This document shows, in pieces, positions 39,303-48,500 of a stretch of DNA of 64,000 nt; position 1 is the first letter of the stretch, and every line of letters starts with the position of its first letter. The notes beneath the pieces are model-generated. The model saw only the letters and a program-made list of their open reading frames with translations. It was not told the origin of the DNA and searched no databases. The translations under genes were made by a program, and so were the position numbers. The stretch spans positions 92,835-156,834 of the forward strand of contig CAWJEM010000022.1 of the NCBI GenBank assembly GCA_963841905.1. Direction: 5' to 3'. This stretch comes from an uncultured Acidobacteriota bacterium. Lineage in GTDB: Bacteria > Acidobacteriota > Vicinamibacteria > Vicinamibacterales > UBA2999.

Positions 39303-39377
39303 GCACGGAAGCACGGGAACACGGAAGCACGGAACGGTGCCGCGCGGAGGATCCGTTCTTCCGGCTGAAGGCGGAAG
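39303..39377. repeat. CACGGAA heptamer array plus a CTTCCG...CGGAAG hairpin
   Basis: gcacggaa gcacggga acacggaa gcacggaa cgg ... ccgtt cttccg gctgaagg cggaag. Same architecture as 24387-24455. Confidence 0.8.
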
Positions 39378-39392
39378 AGTTGGAGGATAGGA

Positions 39393-39767
39393 ATGCAATC
39401 GAAGTGGGTGACAGCTGGAATCATCGCGGCGGTGTTTGCGGCCGGCGTGGGGGTCGGGGCGCTGCAGCAGCAGGCTCAAACGCGACGCGAGCCGCAGTTC
39501 GAAAACGAGCACGTCAGCGTCTGGAAGTCGATCATCCTGCCCAATCAGCCGCTGGCGCTGCATCGACACGACCTCGGCCGCACGATCGTCGCGCTCAAGG
39601 GCGGCACGCTCGACGTCGTCGACGCCGCCGGCAAGACGATGAAGCAGATGACATGGGAGTCGGGCAAGGCCTATTGGCTCGGGCCGGATTCGGCCGGCGA
39701 GCAGCACGGTGACATGAACCGGGGCAAGGAGCCGATCGAAGTCATCGTTGTTCAGATGAAGAAGTAG
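39393..39767 (+). CDS. Small cupin-like protein with an N-terminal signal/anchor
   Basis: 124 aa. MQSKWVTAGIIAAVFAAGVGVGA...VSVWKSIILPNQPLALHRHDLGRTIVALKGGTL...EVIVVQMK. GGAGGA RBS. Confidence 0.5.
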   Translation: MQSKWVTAGIIAAVFAAGVGVGALQQQAQTRREPQFENEHVSVWKSIILPNQPLALHRHDLGRTIVALKGGTLDVVDAAGKTMKQMTWESGKAYWLGPDSAGEQHGDMNRGKEPIEVIVVQMKK

Positions 39768-40603
39768 GACGCGCCTCGGACAGCGACCCGGTGAACTGTC
39801 GAACGGCGCGCCAGTACAGCCTCCGCGTCGGGCGGCACGGGCTCGTTGTGCTCACCGCCCGGAAGCGTGACGAAGGTCTTGGGACCGGGGAGTGCGGCAT
39901 ACAGGCGCTGCCCCAGACGATGGGGAATGACGCTGTCACGGTCGCCGTGCAGCACGAGCGTGGGTTGTCGGACGCCGGCCATCCAGTCGACCGTCGGCAT
40001 TCGATAGCTCGATCCCCAGGACAGCACCCACATCACCGGATTCGTTTCGAGCACCGAGCGCATGGACGGAAAGCCCGATTCGAGCACGATTCCGTCAGGT
40101 GCGCGCCGACTGGCCGCATACGCGGCCATTACCGTGCCCAGCGAACGCCCCCAATAAATGAGGGGTCGTGACCTGTCGTGCGGTCGCTCGTCGACGAATC
40201 GAAGCGTGGCATCGACGTCGCGATAGAGTCCCTGCTCCGAAGGCGTGCCCGTGCTCAGGCCGTAGCCCCGATAGTCGATGGCCAGGACGTCGAAACCCTG
40301 GCGCCAGAGTTCGACGAGCACATCGCTCCACACCGACAGGTTGCCGCCGTTGCCATGAAAGTACACGACATCAGCGTGCGCGTCTGGTCGCGCGAGATGC
40401 CACGCATGGAGACGCTCGCCATCGTCGGTCGTCAACGTCAGGGGTTGGTACTCGACACCCGACGAACGCGGGGTCGCTGTTTCGCCCGCGAACGGAAAGA
40501 AGGCGAGTCGAGGTTCGAGCCACCGTACCAGCCACACCACAAGCGCGAGCACCACGAGAACTACGAGGGGAGTCGTTGCCCAATTTCTCAACGAAGGTTC
40601 CAT
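39752..40603 (-). CDS. Alpha/beta hydrolase (S33/BAAT-like)
   Basis: VVYFHGNGGNLSVWSD...LAIDYRGYGLSTG...IYWGRSLGTVMAAYAA...VLHGDRDSVIP. The track start at 40627 (TTG) lies in the 8-mer repeat; ATG 40603 (MEPSLRN...) is the alternative. Confidence 0.8.
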   Translation of the reverse strand: MEPSLRNWATTPLVVLVVLALVVWLVRWLEPRLAFFPFAGETATPRSSGVEYQPLTLTTDDGERLHAWHLARPDAHADVVYFHGNGGNLSVWSDVLVELWRQGFDVLAIDYRGYGLSTGTPSEQGLYRDVDATLRFVDERPHDRSRPLIYWGRSLGTVMAAYAASRRAPDGIVLESGFPSMRSVLETNPVMWVLSWGSSYRMPTVDWMAGVRQPTLVLHGDRDSVIPHRLGQRLYAALPGPKTFVTLPGGEHNEPVPPDAEAVLARRSTVHRVAVRGASYFFI

Positions 40604-40668
40604 GGTTCCATGGTTCCATAGTTCCAAGGTTCGAAGTACAGAACCCTGGAACCCTGGAACCCTGGAAC
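40596..40668. repeat. 8-nt unit array hairpin: (GGTTCCAT)n and (GAACCCTG)n
   Basis: ggttccat ggttccat ggttccat agttccaa ggttcg aagtaca gaaccctg gaaccctg gaaccctg gaac, lying between or over two divergent start codons. Confidence 0.9.
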
Positions 40669-40671
40669 TGT

Positions 40672-42582
40672 ATGCTGTGGCGCATGTCGTTGTCTCGTGG
40701 CGTTCTGACGATCACCGTCTGCGCAATGACGCTCACGCCGGAGATCTTGGGCCAGTCCCGACCACGCGTGCCGAATGCTCCGTCCATTGCGGCTTACGAT
40801 CCAACCGAGCGATCGATCGATGATCTGCAACGAGCGATGCAGACCGGGGTGGTCACGTCACGCCAGCTCGTTGACAGCTACCTGGCACGAATCGACGCTT
40901 ACGATCAACAGGGCCCGGCGCTGAACGCCATCGTTGCCGTCAATCCTCGCGCGCGCGAGATTGCGGATGGACTGGACGGCGAACGACGCAGCAAGGGCGC
41001 CCGGGGACCGCTGCACGGCATCCCGGTGCTGGTCAAGGACAACTATGAAACCGTGGAGATGCCGACCAGTGCCGGCTCGATCGCGCTGGCCACGTTTCAT
41101 CCGGCGCGCGACGCGCATCTCGTCAAGCGACTCAGGGAGGCGGGGGCGGTCATTCTCGGCAAGACCAACATGCACGAGCTCGCGGCCGGGATCACGACCG
41201 TTGGGTCACGTTTCGGGCAGACCCTGAACCCTTACGACCTCGACCGCAATGCCGGCGGTTCGAGTGGTGGAACAGGCGCCGCGGTCGCCGCCAGCTTCGC
41301 GGCCGGGGGCATGGGCAGTGACACTTGTGGATCGATTCGAAACCCCGCCTCGCACAACAATCTCGTCGGGCTGCGCGGCACGCAAGGCCTCTCCAGTCGG
41401 GCTGGCATCGTCCCGCTGTCGAGCACGCAGGATATCGGCGGACCGATTGCGCGCTCGATCGACGACCTGGCAATCATGCTGGATGCAACGGTCGGCGCCG
41501 ATCCGTCGGATCCGCAGACGGCGATCGGTGCCGGGCACATTCCGGCGTCATATCGCGCGCTTCTTCGTGCTGACGCATTGAAGGGCGCCCGCATTGGTGT
41601 CGTTCGTAGCCTCTTTGGGTCCGCCACCGAAGATCAGGAGGTGACTCGCGTCGTCCAGGGCGCGCTCGATGCGCTCAAGAAGGCGGGCGTCGAGGTCATC
41701 GACACGCCAATTCCTGGCCTCGACGATTTGTTGCGGGACAGCTCGATGATCAATTCGGACTTCAAGTTCGATCTCGCCGAGTATCTCGGCCGCGATCCGT
41801 CAGCGCCAGTGAAGTCCCTGGGTGAGATTCTCGATCGCGGGCTGTATCACACCGCGCTGGAGGCCAATTTTCGCACTCGCAACGCCGTCGAACACCGGGA
41901 GAGCGATCTATCACGCCGGGCGAGGATCAAACGAACGGCGATACGTGGCGCTGTCGAAGCCGTCTTGGACGAGCATCAGCTCACGGCGGTCGTGTATCCC
42001 ACGCTACGTCGTAAACCAGCGCGGATAGGCGATGGGCAAGGGGGAACGAATTGCCAGGTCAGTTCCCACTCCGGTTTGCCGGCGCTCGGATTGCCGGCGG
42101 GGTTCAGCGAAGACGGCCTGCCGGTTGGCATGGACCTGCTCGGCCGGACGTTTGGCGAAGCCGACTTGCTTGCGCTTGGCTTTGCGATCGAGCAGACGGT
42201 GAAGCTCCGGCGGCCGCCGTTCAGCACGCCGCCCTTGATTGACGGCAAGGCGCCGGCAATTCGGATAACGAACATTACCTCCCAGGGTGCGACCGTCAAC
42301 CTGTCGTTCAACGACACGACATCCAGGTTGCACTACGTGATCAAGCTCGAAGATCCCGTACGGGAGAGGCTGGCGGCCATTTGGCTTCACACCGGGAGTC
42401 CGGACAAGCCCGGTGCCGCCAGACATCAACTGTTTGCGGTCGGCCGCCCTCAGGATGGCGTCGTCACGCTGTCGGCGCAGGATCGCCGCGATCTCGCCGA
42501 GGGTCGATTGCTCGTTCGCTTTTACGTCGACAGCGTGAAGGGGAGTAGCGGCGATGTGCCGGTGCGATTTGAATGGCGATAA
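40672..42582 (+). CDS. Secreted amidase (amidase-signature family) with a C-terminal extension of about 130 aa
   Basis: MLWRMSLSRGVLTITVCAMT (signal). GPLHGIPVLVKDNYET...GGSSGGTGAAVAASFAAGGMGSDTCGSIRNPA. The track ORF 40168.. has a spurious 5' extension antisense to the hydrolase. Confidence 0.9.
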   Translation: MLWRMSLSRGVLTITVCAMTLTPEILGQSRPRVPNAPSIAAYDPTERSIDDLQRAMQTGVVTSRQLVDSYLARIDAYDQQGPALNAIVAVNPRAREIADGLDGERRSKGARGPLHGIPVLVKDNYETVEMPTSAGSIALATFHPARDAHLVKRLREAGAVILGKTNMHELAAGITTVGSRFGQTLNPYDLDRNAGGSSGGTGAAVAASFAAGGMGSDTCGSIRNPASHNNLVGLRGTQGLSSRAGIVPLSSTQDIGGPIARSIDDLAIMLDATVGADPSDPQTAIGAGHIPASYRALLRADALKGARIGVVRSLFGSATEDQEVTRVVQGALDALKKAGVEVIDTPIPGLDDLLRDSSMINSDFKFDLAEYLGRDPSAPVKSLGEILDRGLYHTALEANFRTRNAVEHRESDLSRRARIKRTAIRGAVEAVLDEHQLTAVVYPTLRRKPARIGDGQGGTNCQVSSHSGLPALGLPAGFSEDGLPVGMDLLGRTFGEADLLALGFAIEQTVKLRRPPFSTPPLIDGKAPAIRITNITSQGATVNLSFNDTTSRLHYVIKLEDPVRERLAAIWLHTGSPDKPGAARHQLFAVGRPQDGVVTLSAQDRRDLAEGRLLVRFYVDSVKGSSGDVPVRFEWR

Positions 42583-42583
42583 C

Positions 42584-42700
42584 GGTTACAAGGGCGCAGG
42601 GCGTAGGGCATAGGGCACAGGGAGGGCGTAGGGCACAGGCGAAGGCCCATTTCCCCCCTCCCGCCCGGTGTTCTGTTCCCTGTTCCCTGTATCTGTAACT
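42584..42700. repeat. Heptamer array, chimeric GTTACA + GGGCNNA units, with a partly complementary right arm
   Basis: ggttaca agggcgc agggcgt agggcat agggcac agggagg gcgtagg gcacagg ... ctgttcc ctgttcc ctgtatc tgtaact. Confidence 0.85.
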
Positions 42701-42717
42701 CTCAGAGGAGACCCAGC

Positions 42718-45700
42718 ATGCTGCTGCGTCATACGTTCGCGTTTATCGTCGTGCTCATCGCCGCGGTCGGCGTTCGTCCGTCAGCGGACGTCAATGTGCG
42801 CGATACGCGATTGCTGCATCAGCCGGCCACCAGTGGCACCATGTCGCGTTCATTTATGCCGATGATCTGTGGGTGGCGACGGCTCGACGGCCGTGATCTT
42901 CGACGCCTGACCACTGACTATGGCGTCGAATCGAGCCCGGCGTTCTCGCCAGACGGGGCGCTGATTGCCTTCACGGCCCAATACGACGGCAACCGCGACG
43001 TCTATACCGTGCCGGTGGATGGCGGCGTGCCCAAGCGTCTCACCTGGCACCCCGGCGCCGACGAGGTGCAAGGCTTTACGCCGGACGGGCGTCGTGTGCT
43101 GTTCACCTCGCCGCGATCCGTCTTCACAACGCGCTACACGCAGTTGTTCACGGTCGCGCTCGACGGCGGCATGCCCGACCTTCTCCCGATTCCCAACGCC
43201 GCCAGCGGGACCTACTCGCCCGACGCCCGCCGAATCGCTTACAACCCCATCGCGCCTCGATTCGAACAGTGGAAGCAATATCGAGGTGGCACGGTCTCTC
43301 GGATTTGGCTTTATGACACGTCCAGCCATGCCATCGAGAAAATCCCGCAGCCTGCGTCTCGTGCCAACGACGTCGACGCCATGTGGATTGGCGACCTCGT
43401 CTACTTCCGGTCGGATCGGGACGGCGAGTTCAATCTCTACTGCGTACGAATCGGGATCGCAGCGCGTTCAGCGGCTGACGAATCACCAGGACTTTCCGAT
43501 TCTGAACGCCGCGACGGGTGGTGGACAGATTGTGTACGAGCAGGCCGGCTACCTGCATCACTTCGACCCGTCGACCAAGACCTCTCGCAAGCTCACGTTT
43601 GGCGTGTCGTCCGATCTTCGCGAAACGCGCGAGCGGTTCGTCAAAGGTGCCAACTGGATCAGGGCAGCGGCCATTTCGCCAACGGGCGCTCGAGCCGTGT
43701 TCGAGTTCCGCGGTGAGATCCTGACGGTGCCGGCGGAGAAGGGTGATGCGCGCAACCTGACGAACACGCCGGGCGCGCACGAGCGCGCGCCGTCATGGTC
43801 GCCTGATGGCACGCGGATCGCCTACGTATCTGACGCGTCTGGGGAGTATCTCCTGCACGTCGTAGGCCAGGACGGGAAGGGCGAGACGACCAAGCATCGG
43901 CTCGAAGGCGCCGGCTTCTACACCAACCTTCGATGGTCGCCAGACAGCAAGCAGATTGCCTACACCGACAACGCCCAAGCGCTGTTCGTATTCGACGTTC
44001 AGAAAGGGACGACGAGGAAGGTAGCCGCTGCCAAGGTCTATGGTCCGTTCAACAGCATCACGTTACGGCTGGTCGCCGGACTCGCGGTGGCTCGCTTACA
44101 CCGCCAACACGCATCCGCTGACGATGACTCTGTCGGTCTACTCGGTCGATCAGGACAAATCGTTTCCCATCAGCGATGGACTCGCCGAGGTGAGTGAACC
44201 CGTCTTCGATCGCAGCGGCAAGTATCTGTACCTGTTTGGATCCACGGATGCGGGACCTGTCCTCGACTGGTTCGCGCAATCGACGTCTGACAACCGTCGA
44301 ACGCGGAATATCTATCTCGTCGTGCTGCGGAATGACCTTCCGTCGCCGTTGGCGAGAGAGAGCGACGAGGAGAAGCCCAAAGCGGCTTCGCCGAGCACAT
44401 CTGCCGCCGGAGAGAAGCCTCCCGCGGAACCGCCGGCTGAGCCTGTCCGCATCGACTTCGAGGGGATCGAATACCGCATCCTCGATCTCCCCGGAGTTGG
44501 GGGCGAGTTGTCCAACCTCCAAGCGGCCGCGACGGGGCAGCTGTATTACCTCAGCGCCAGCGCTGAATTACCACCACCACCGCCACCAGGGGCGCCACCC
44601 ACCCCGCCGCGTGGGGCGCGCCTGTTCCGTTTCGACCTCGCGAAGCGTCAGACCGAACAAGTGCTGGACGATGTTCGAGACTATCGAATCTCGAGTGACA
44701 CCAAGAAGCTTCTGTATTCGACTCGCGACAACTGGTTCATCACGTCGCTGTCGCCGAAGGTCGTAGCGGCCGAGGGTCGCCTCGCAACCGCCGACCTCGA
44801 AGTCCGCATCGACCCGCGAGCGGAATGGGCACAGATATTCGACGAGGCGTGGCGCATCAACCGCGATTACTTTTATGCGCCCAACATGCACGGCGTGGAC
44901 TGGCCGGCGCTGAAGACCAAGTACAAGGTGTTGCTATCCGACGTCGCCGTCCGTGGCGACCTCAACCGCGTGATTCAGTGGATGTCGAGCGAGTTGGCGG
45001 TCGGCCATCACACCGGCGGCGGCGGTGACCGCCTGGACACCCCGAAAACAGTGCCAGGTGGTCTTCTCGGCGCCGACTACTCGGTCGAGAACGGGCGGTA
45101 TCGCTTCAAGAAAGTCTACGGCGGCCTCAACTGGAACCCGCAGCTGCGTGCGCCGCTCACTGAGCCCGGCGTCAATGTTCGCACGGGCGAATACTTGCTC
45201 GCCGTCGGCGGCCGCGACGTGCGGCCACCCGCGAACATCTACAGTTTCTTCGAGAACACGGCAGGGAAGATCGTCGAGATCACCGTTGGCCCCAACGCGG
45301 ATGGCAGCGGCTCGCGCACCGTGCACGTCGTTCCGATTGGCAACGAAGCGGCGCTTCGCAATCGGGACTGGGTGGAGGGCAATCTGAAGAAGGTCAACTC
45401 GGCCACCGGCGGGCGCGTCGCATATGTCTATGTGCCCAACACTGCCGAGCCTGGCTATACCTACTTCAAGCGGTATTTCTACCCGCAAACGCACAAGGAC
45501 GCCGTCATCATCGACGAGCGCTTCAACGGCGGTGGCCAGATTGCGGATTACTACATCGATATTCTCAGGAGGCCCCTCATCAGCTACTGGGCTATGCGCT
45601 ACGGCGACGATCTCCGCACACCGGTGGCGGCGATCCAGGGTCCCAAAGTGATGATCATCGATGAGACGGCAGGGTCGGGCGGAGACCTGCTGCCGTGGAT

Positions 45701-46045
45701 GTTCCGCAAGTTCAAGGTTGGCACCCTGGTCGGGCAGCGCACCTGGGGCGGCTTGGTGGGTGTGTTGGGATTCCCCATCCTGATGGACGGTGGATCGATT
45801 ACCGCTCCGAATCTGGCGATCTGGACGCCCGAGGAAGGATGGGTGGTTGAAAACGAGGGCGTTCCGCCTGACGTGGAAGTCGAGCAGACACCGAAGGACG
45901 TGATTGCCGGTCGCGATCCGCAACTCGAGCGCGCCATCGCGATTGCGCTCGAAGACCTGAAGAAGAGCCCGCCGACGCGCCCGGCACGACCAGCGTTTCC
46001 CGTGCGCGGAAAGACACTACGGGGAACGGCGCCGACGGGAGGTGA
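42718..46045 (+). pseudogene. Tricorn-type protease (TolB-like beta-propellers + S41 peptidase), at least 4 frame breaks; 3' end uncertain
   Basis: Three overlapping track ORFs (42718..43716, 42965..44197, 44040..46292) join into one tricorn-like protein: ...YSPDARRIAYNP...QWKQYRGGTVSRIWLYD...FRSDRDGEFNLY / YESGSQRVQRLTNH...SWSPDGTRIAYVSD...RWSPDSKQIAYTDN / YGWSPDSRWLAYT...FNGGGQIADYYID...TAGSGGDLLPWMFR. A hidden frame at 42840-42881 encodes HVAFIYADDLWVAT. Confidence 0.85.
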
Positions 46046-46047
46046 GT

Positions 46048-46119
46048 GCAGGGCACAGGGCACGGGGCGCAGGGCGGGGGCCGCAGTCCTACGCCCTGGG
46101 CCCCAGGCCCTATGCCCTG
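46048..46119. repeat. Heptamer array hairpin of the GGGCACA/GGGCGCA family
   Basis: gcagggc acagggc acggggc gcagggc ggggg ccgcagt cctacgc cctgggc cccaggc cctatgc cctg, between the tricorn 3' end and the peroxiredoxin stop (46127). Confidence 0.9.
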
Positions 46120-46126
46120 TCGCGCT

Positions 46127-46813
46127 TCACCCTCTAGGCTGCGGCACGATCCGCAGGTACGGCTTCGGCGCTTTCCAGCCGTTGGGATATTTCTCCTTGG
46201 CTTCCGCATCGCTGACTGCCGTCAGGATGATCACATCGTCGCCATCCTTCCAGTTCACCGGTGTGGCCACCTTGTGCTTTGCAGTCAGCTGAATCGAATC
46301 GATGACCCGCAGGACTTCATCGAAGTTGCGCCCCGTACTCATCGGATACGAGATGACGAGCTTGACCTTCTTGTCCGGACCGATCACGTAGACGTTGCGA
46401 ACGGTCGCGTTGTCGACGGCGGTCCGACCTTCGGAGCTGTCTCCCGCCGTGGCGGGCAGCATTCCGTACAGCTTGGAGATCTTCAGCTCGGGATCGCCAA
46501 TCATCGGATAGTTGGGCGCAGTCCCCTGCGTTTCGGCAATGTCCTTGGACCAGCCCTCGTGCTTGTCGACCGGATCGACGCTGAGCCCGATGACTTTGAC
46601 GTTGCGCTTGTCGAATTCCGGCTTGATCCGCGCCATGTAGCCGAGCTCGGTTGTACAGACGGGCGTGAAGTCTTTCGGATGCGAAAACAGAACGCCCCAG
46701 GAATTGCCGAGCCATTCGTGAAAACGAATCGGACCCTGGGTGGTGTTGGCTTCGAAGTCTGGCGCGTCGGCGCCTATGGCGAGCGGGCCATTCGTTGCGA
46801 GCGAGGGGGCCAT
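46127..46813 (-). CDS. 1-Cys peroxiredoxin (Prx6 family)
   Basis: APDFEANTTQGPIRFHEWLGNSWGVLFSHPKDFTPVCTTELG...GLSVDPVDKHEGW...NYPMIGD...RNFDEVLRVIDSLQ-like region. Confidence 0.95.
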   Translation of the reverse strand: MAPSLATNGPLAIGADAPDFEANTTQGPIRFHEWLGNSWGVLFSHPKDFTPVCTTELGYMARIKPEFDKRNVKVIGLSVDPVDKHEGWSKDIAETQGTAPNYPMIGDPELKISKLYGMLPATAGDSSEGRTAVDNATVRNVYVIGPDKKVKLVISYPMSTGRNFDEVLRVIDSIQLTAKHKVATPVNWKDGDDVIILTAVSDAEAKEKYPNGWKAPKPYLRIVPQPRG

Positions 46814-46859
46814 GCGATCTCTCCTGCCTGAATGTTGAGGTAGTGAAACCTCGATGATA

Positions 46860-48386
46860 TCAAACGCTCGTGTCGTCCATCGGACGGTTCGCGAGCGCGT
46901 TGCGATCGACCTTGCCTAGATGGGTGCGCGGCAGCGTGTCGAGGAAAATCACCTCACGCGGGTATTTGTAAGGCTCCAGCCGCGCTTTGGCAAACGCTTG
47001 CAGCTCAGCCGCAAGCCCCGAGGATGCTTCGCTACAGACCACAAACGCACAAGGCTTGACGAGTCCGTCTGCGTTTTTCACTCCAACGACGGCGACCTCG
47101 CGAACGGCCTCGTGTTGAAGGAGGCAATTCTCCAATTCGCCGGGGGACAACCATTTGCCGCTGATCTTGAGCATGTCGTCCACGCGGCCACAGTAGGTGA
47201 ACGTCCCATCCGCGTTTTGTCGCAGCATGTCGCCCGAGACGTACCATTCGCCGCGAAACGCGTGCATCGTGTCGTCATGCCGTTGCCAGTATCCGATGGC
47301 GCGCGAATCGCCCTTGACCCACAGCATGCCGGCGTCACCTCGCGGGACCTCGCGCCCTTCGTCGTCGCACAGCTTGATGTCGAACCCTTCAACGGCGTGG
47401 CCGAGCGTGCCGGGCACGACGGCGCCTGGCCGATTGGAGAGGAAGATGTGCCACATCTCGGCCGTGCCGAGGCCATCGAGCAATTCCACGCTGAAGGTGG
47501 TCTGCCACCGCTCGTACAACTCCGCTGGAAGCGCTTCGCCGGCGGATGTGGCCAGCCGAAGGCATCGAAGATCGCGGTCCGCTGCCGTGGGATGCGCAAC
47601 CATTTGTTGCACCATCGTTGGCACGTTGATCAGGATGGTCGGCCGGTGGTGCTCGATCTGCGCGAAGACGGTTTCGGGAGTGCTCCGCTCGGGAAACAGC
47701 ACGCAGGACGCGCCCACCGAGAACGGAAACAGCACGTTTGAACCCAGGGCGTACCCGAAGAACAATTTCGGCACCGCCATCGTCACGTCGTTCGAGGTGA
47801 GGCCAAGCACCCCCTGGCCGTAGCGCTCGGTGGTGTTCACATACGATCGGTTGGTTTGCACGACGGCCTTGGGTCGTCCGGTTGTCCCGCCGCTGAAGAG
47901 CCAGATCGCGGCGTCATCACGGTGCGAGTGGAATGGTGCGGAGGTCGGACCAGTCGAGTCCAACAGCTGCGGCTCCAGGCTCGGGTCGTCCACAACGAAA
48001 ACGTGAGGCGTCGGGTCGAGCGCACTCGTGGCGGCTTCGATTGCAGCTTTGTGCGCGCGGTCCGCGAAGGCGGCACGGGCGCGGGTGTACTCGAAGAAGT
48101 ATGCGAGCAGGTCCGGCGGCGAGTCCGGGTTCACCATCACGACCGCAGCGCCGCGCCTCAGAATCCCGAAGAGCGCGGCCACGAAAGGCACGCCGTCCGG
48201 GAGTGCGATGATGACGCGCTCTTCCGGCCGAACGTCAGCCTGAGCGAGGAGTCGCGCGACCTGGCCGGCCATGGCCGAAATCTCGCGGTAGCGCCACGTG
48301 CGATGAGCGGTCCGGATCGCCACCGCGTCGCCCCGGCCCTCCCGCACGCGAGCATCGACGAAGTACGTCGCGAGATTGAGCGTCAT
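46860..48386 (-). CDS. Benzoate-CoA ligase family aryl-CoA ligase (AMP-forming)
   Basis: 508 aa. NLATYFVDARVREGRGDAVAIRT...WLFSGGTTGRPKAVVQT...YVSGDMLRQNADGTFTYCGRVDDMLKISGKWLSPGELE...LPRTHLGKVDR. Confidence 0.85.
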   Translation of the reverse strand: MTLNLATYFVDARVREGRGDAVAIRTAHRTWRYREISAMAGQVARLLAQADVRPEERVIIALPDGVPFVAALFGILRRGAAVVMVNPDSPPDLLAYFFEYTRARAAFADRAHKAAIEAATSALDPTPHVFVVDDPSLEPQLLDSTGPTSAPFHSHRDDAAIWLFSGGTTGRPKAVVQTNRSYVNTTERYGQGVLGLTSNDVTMAVPKLFFGYALGSNVLFPFSVGASCVLFPERSTPETVFAQIEHHRPTILINVPTMVQQMVAHPTAADRDLRCLRLATSAGEALPAELYERWQTTFSVELLDGLGTAEMWHIFLSNRPGAVVPGTLGHAVEGFDIKLCDDEGREVPRGDAGMLWVKGDSRAIGYWQRHDDTMHAFRGEWYVSGDMLRQNADGTFTYCGRVDDMLKISGKWLSPGELENCLLQHEAVREVAVVGVKNADGLVKPCAFVVCSEASSGLAAELQAFAKARLEPYKYPREVIFLDTLPRTHLGKVDRNALANRPMDDTSV

Positions 48387-48500
48387 TGGGGGTGACCAAC
48401 AGCGGAGTCAGTATACATAGCGAGCCTGCGCCTCAGACCTGATCAGTCGCCCCGCAGATGTCGCCACGCCACGAGTTTACGTTAGGCTTGCACGGCAGGC

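Noticed and set aside
40168-40671. 5' extension of the amidase ORF (the track start at 40168 gives 804 aa)
   Set aside because: The first 168 codons are antisense to the alpha/beta hydrolase gene and to the 8-mer repeat, and they are Arg-rich. A signal peptide begins at ATG 40672.
46127-46292. Tricorn ORF continuing through the repeat and overlapping the peroxiredoxin gene
   Set aside because: The extension is antisense to a strongly conserved peroxiredoxin and translates repeat DNA. The real stop has most likely been lost to an indel near 46040.
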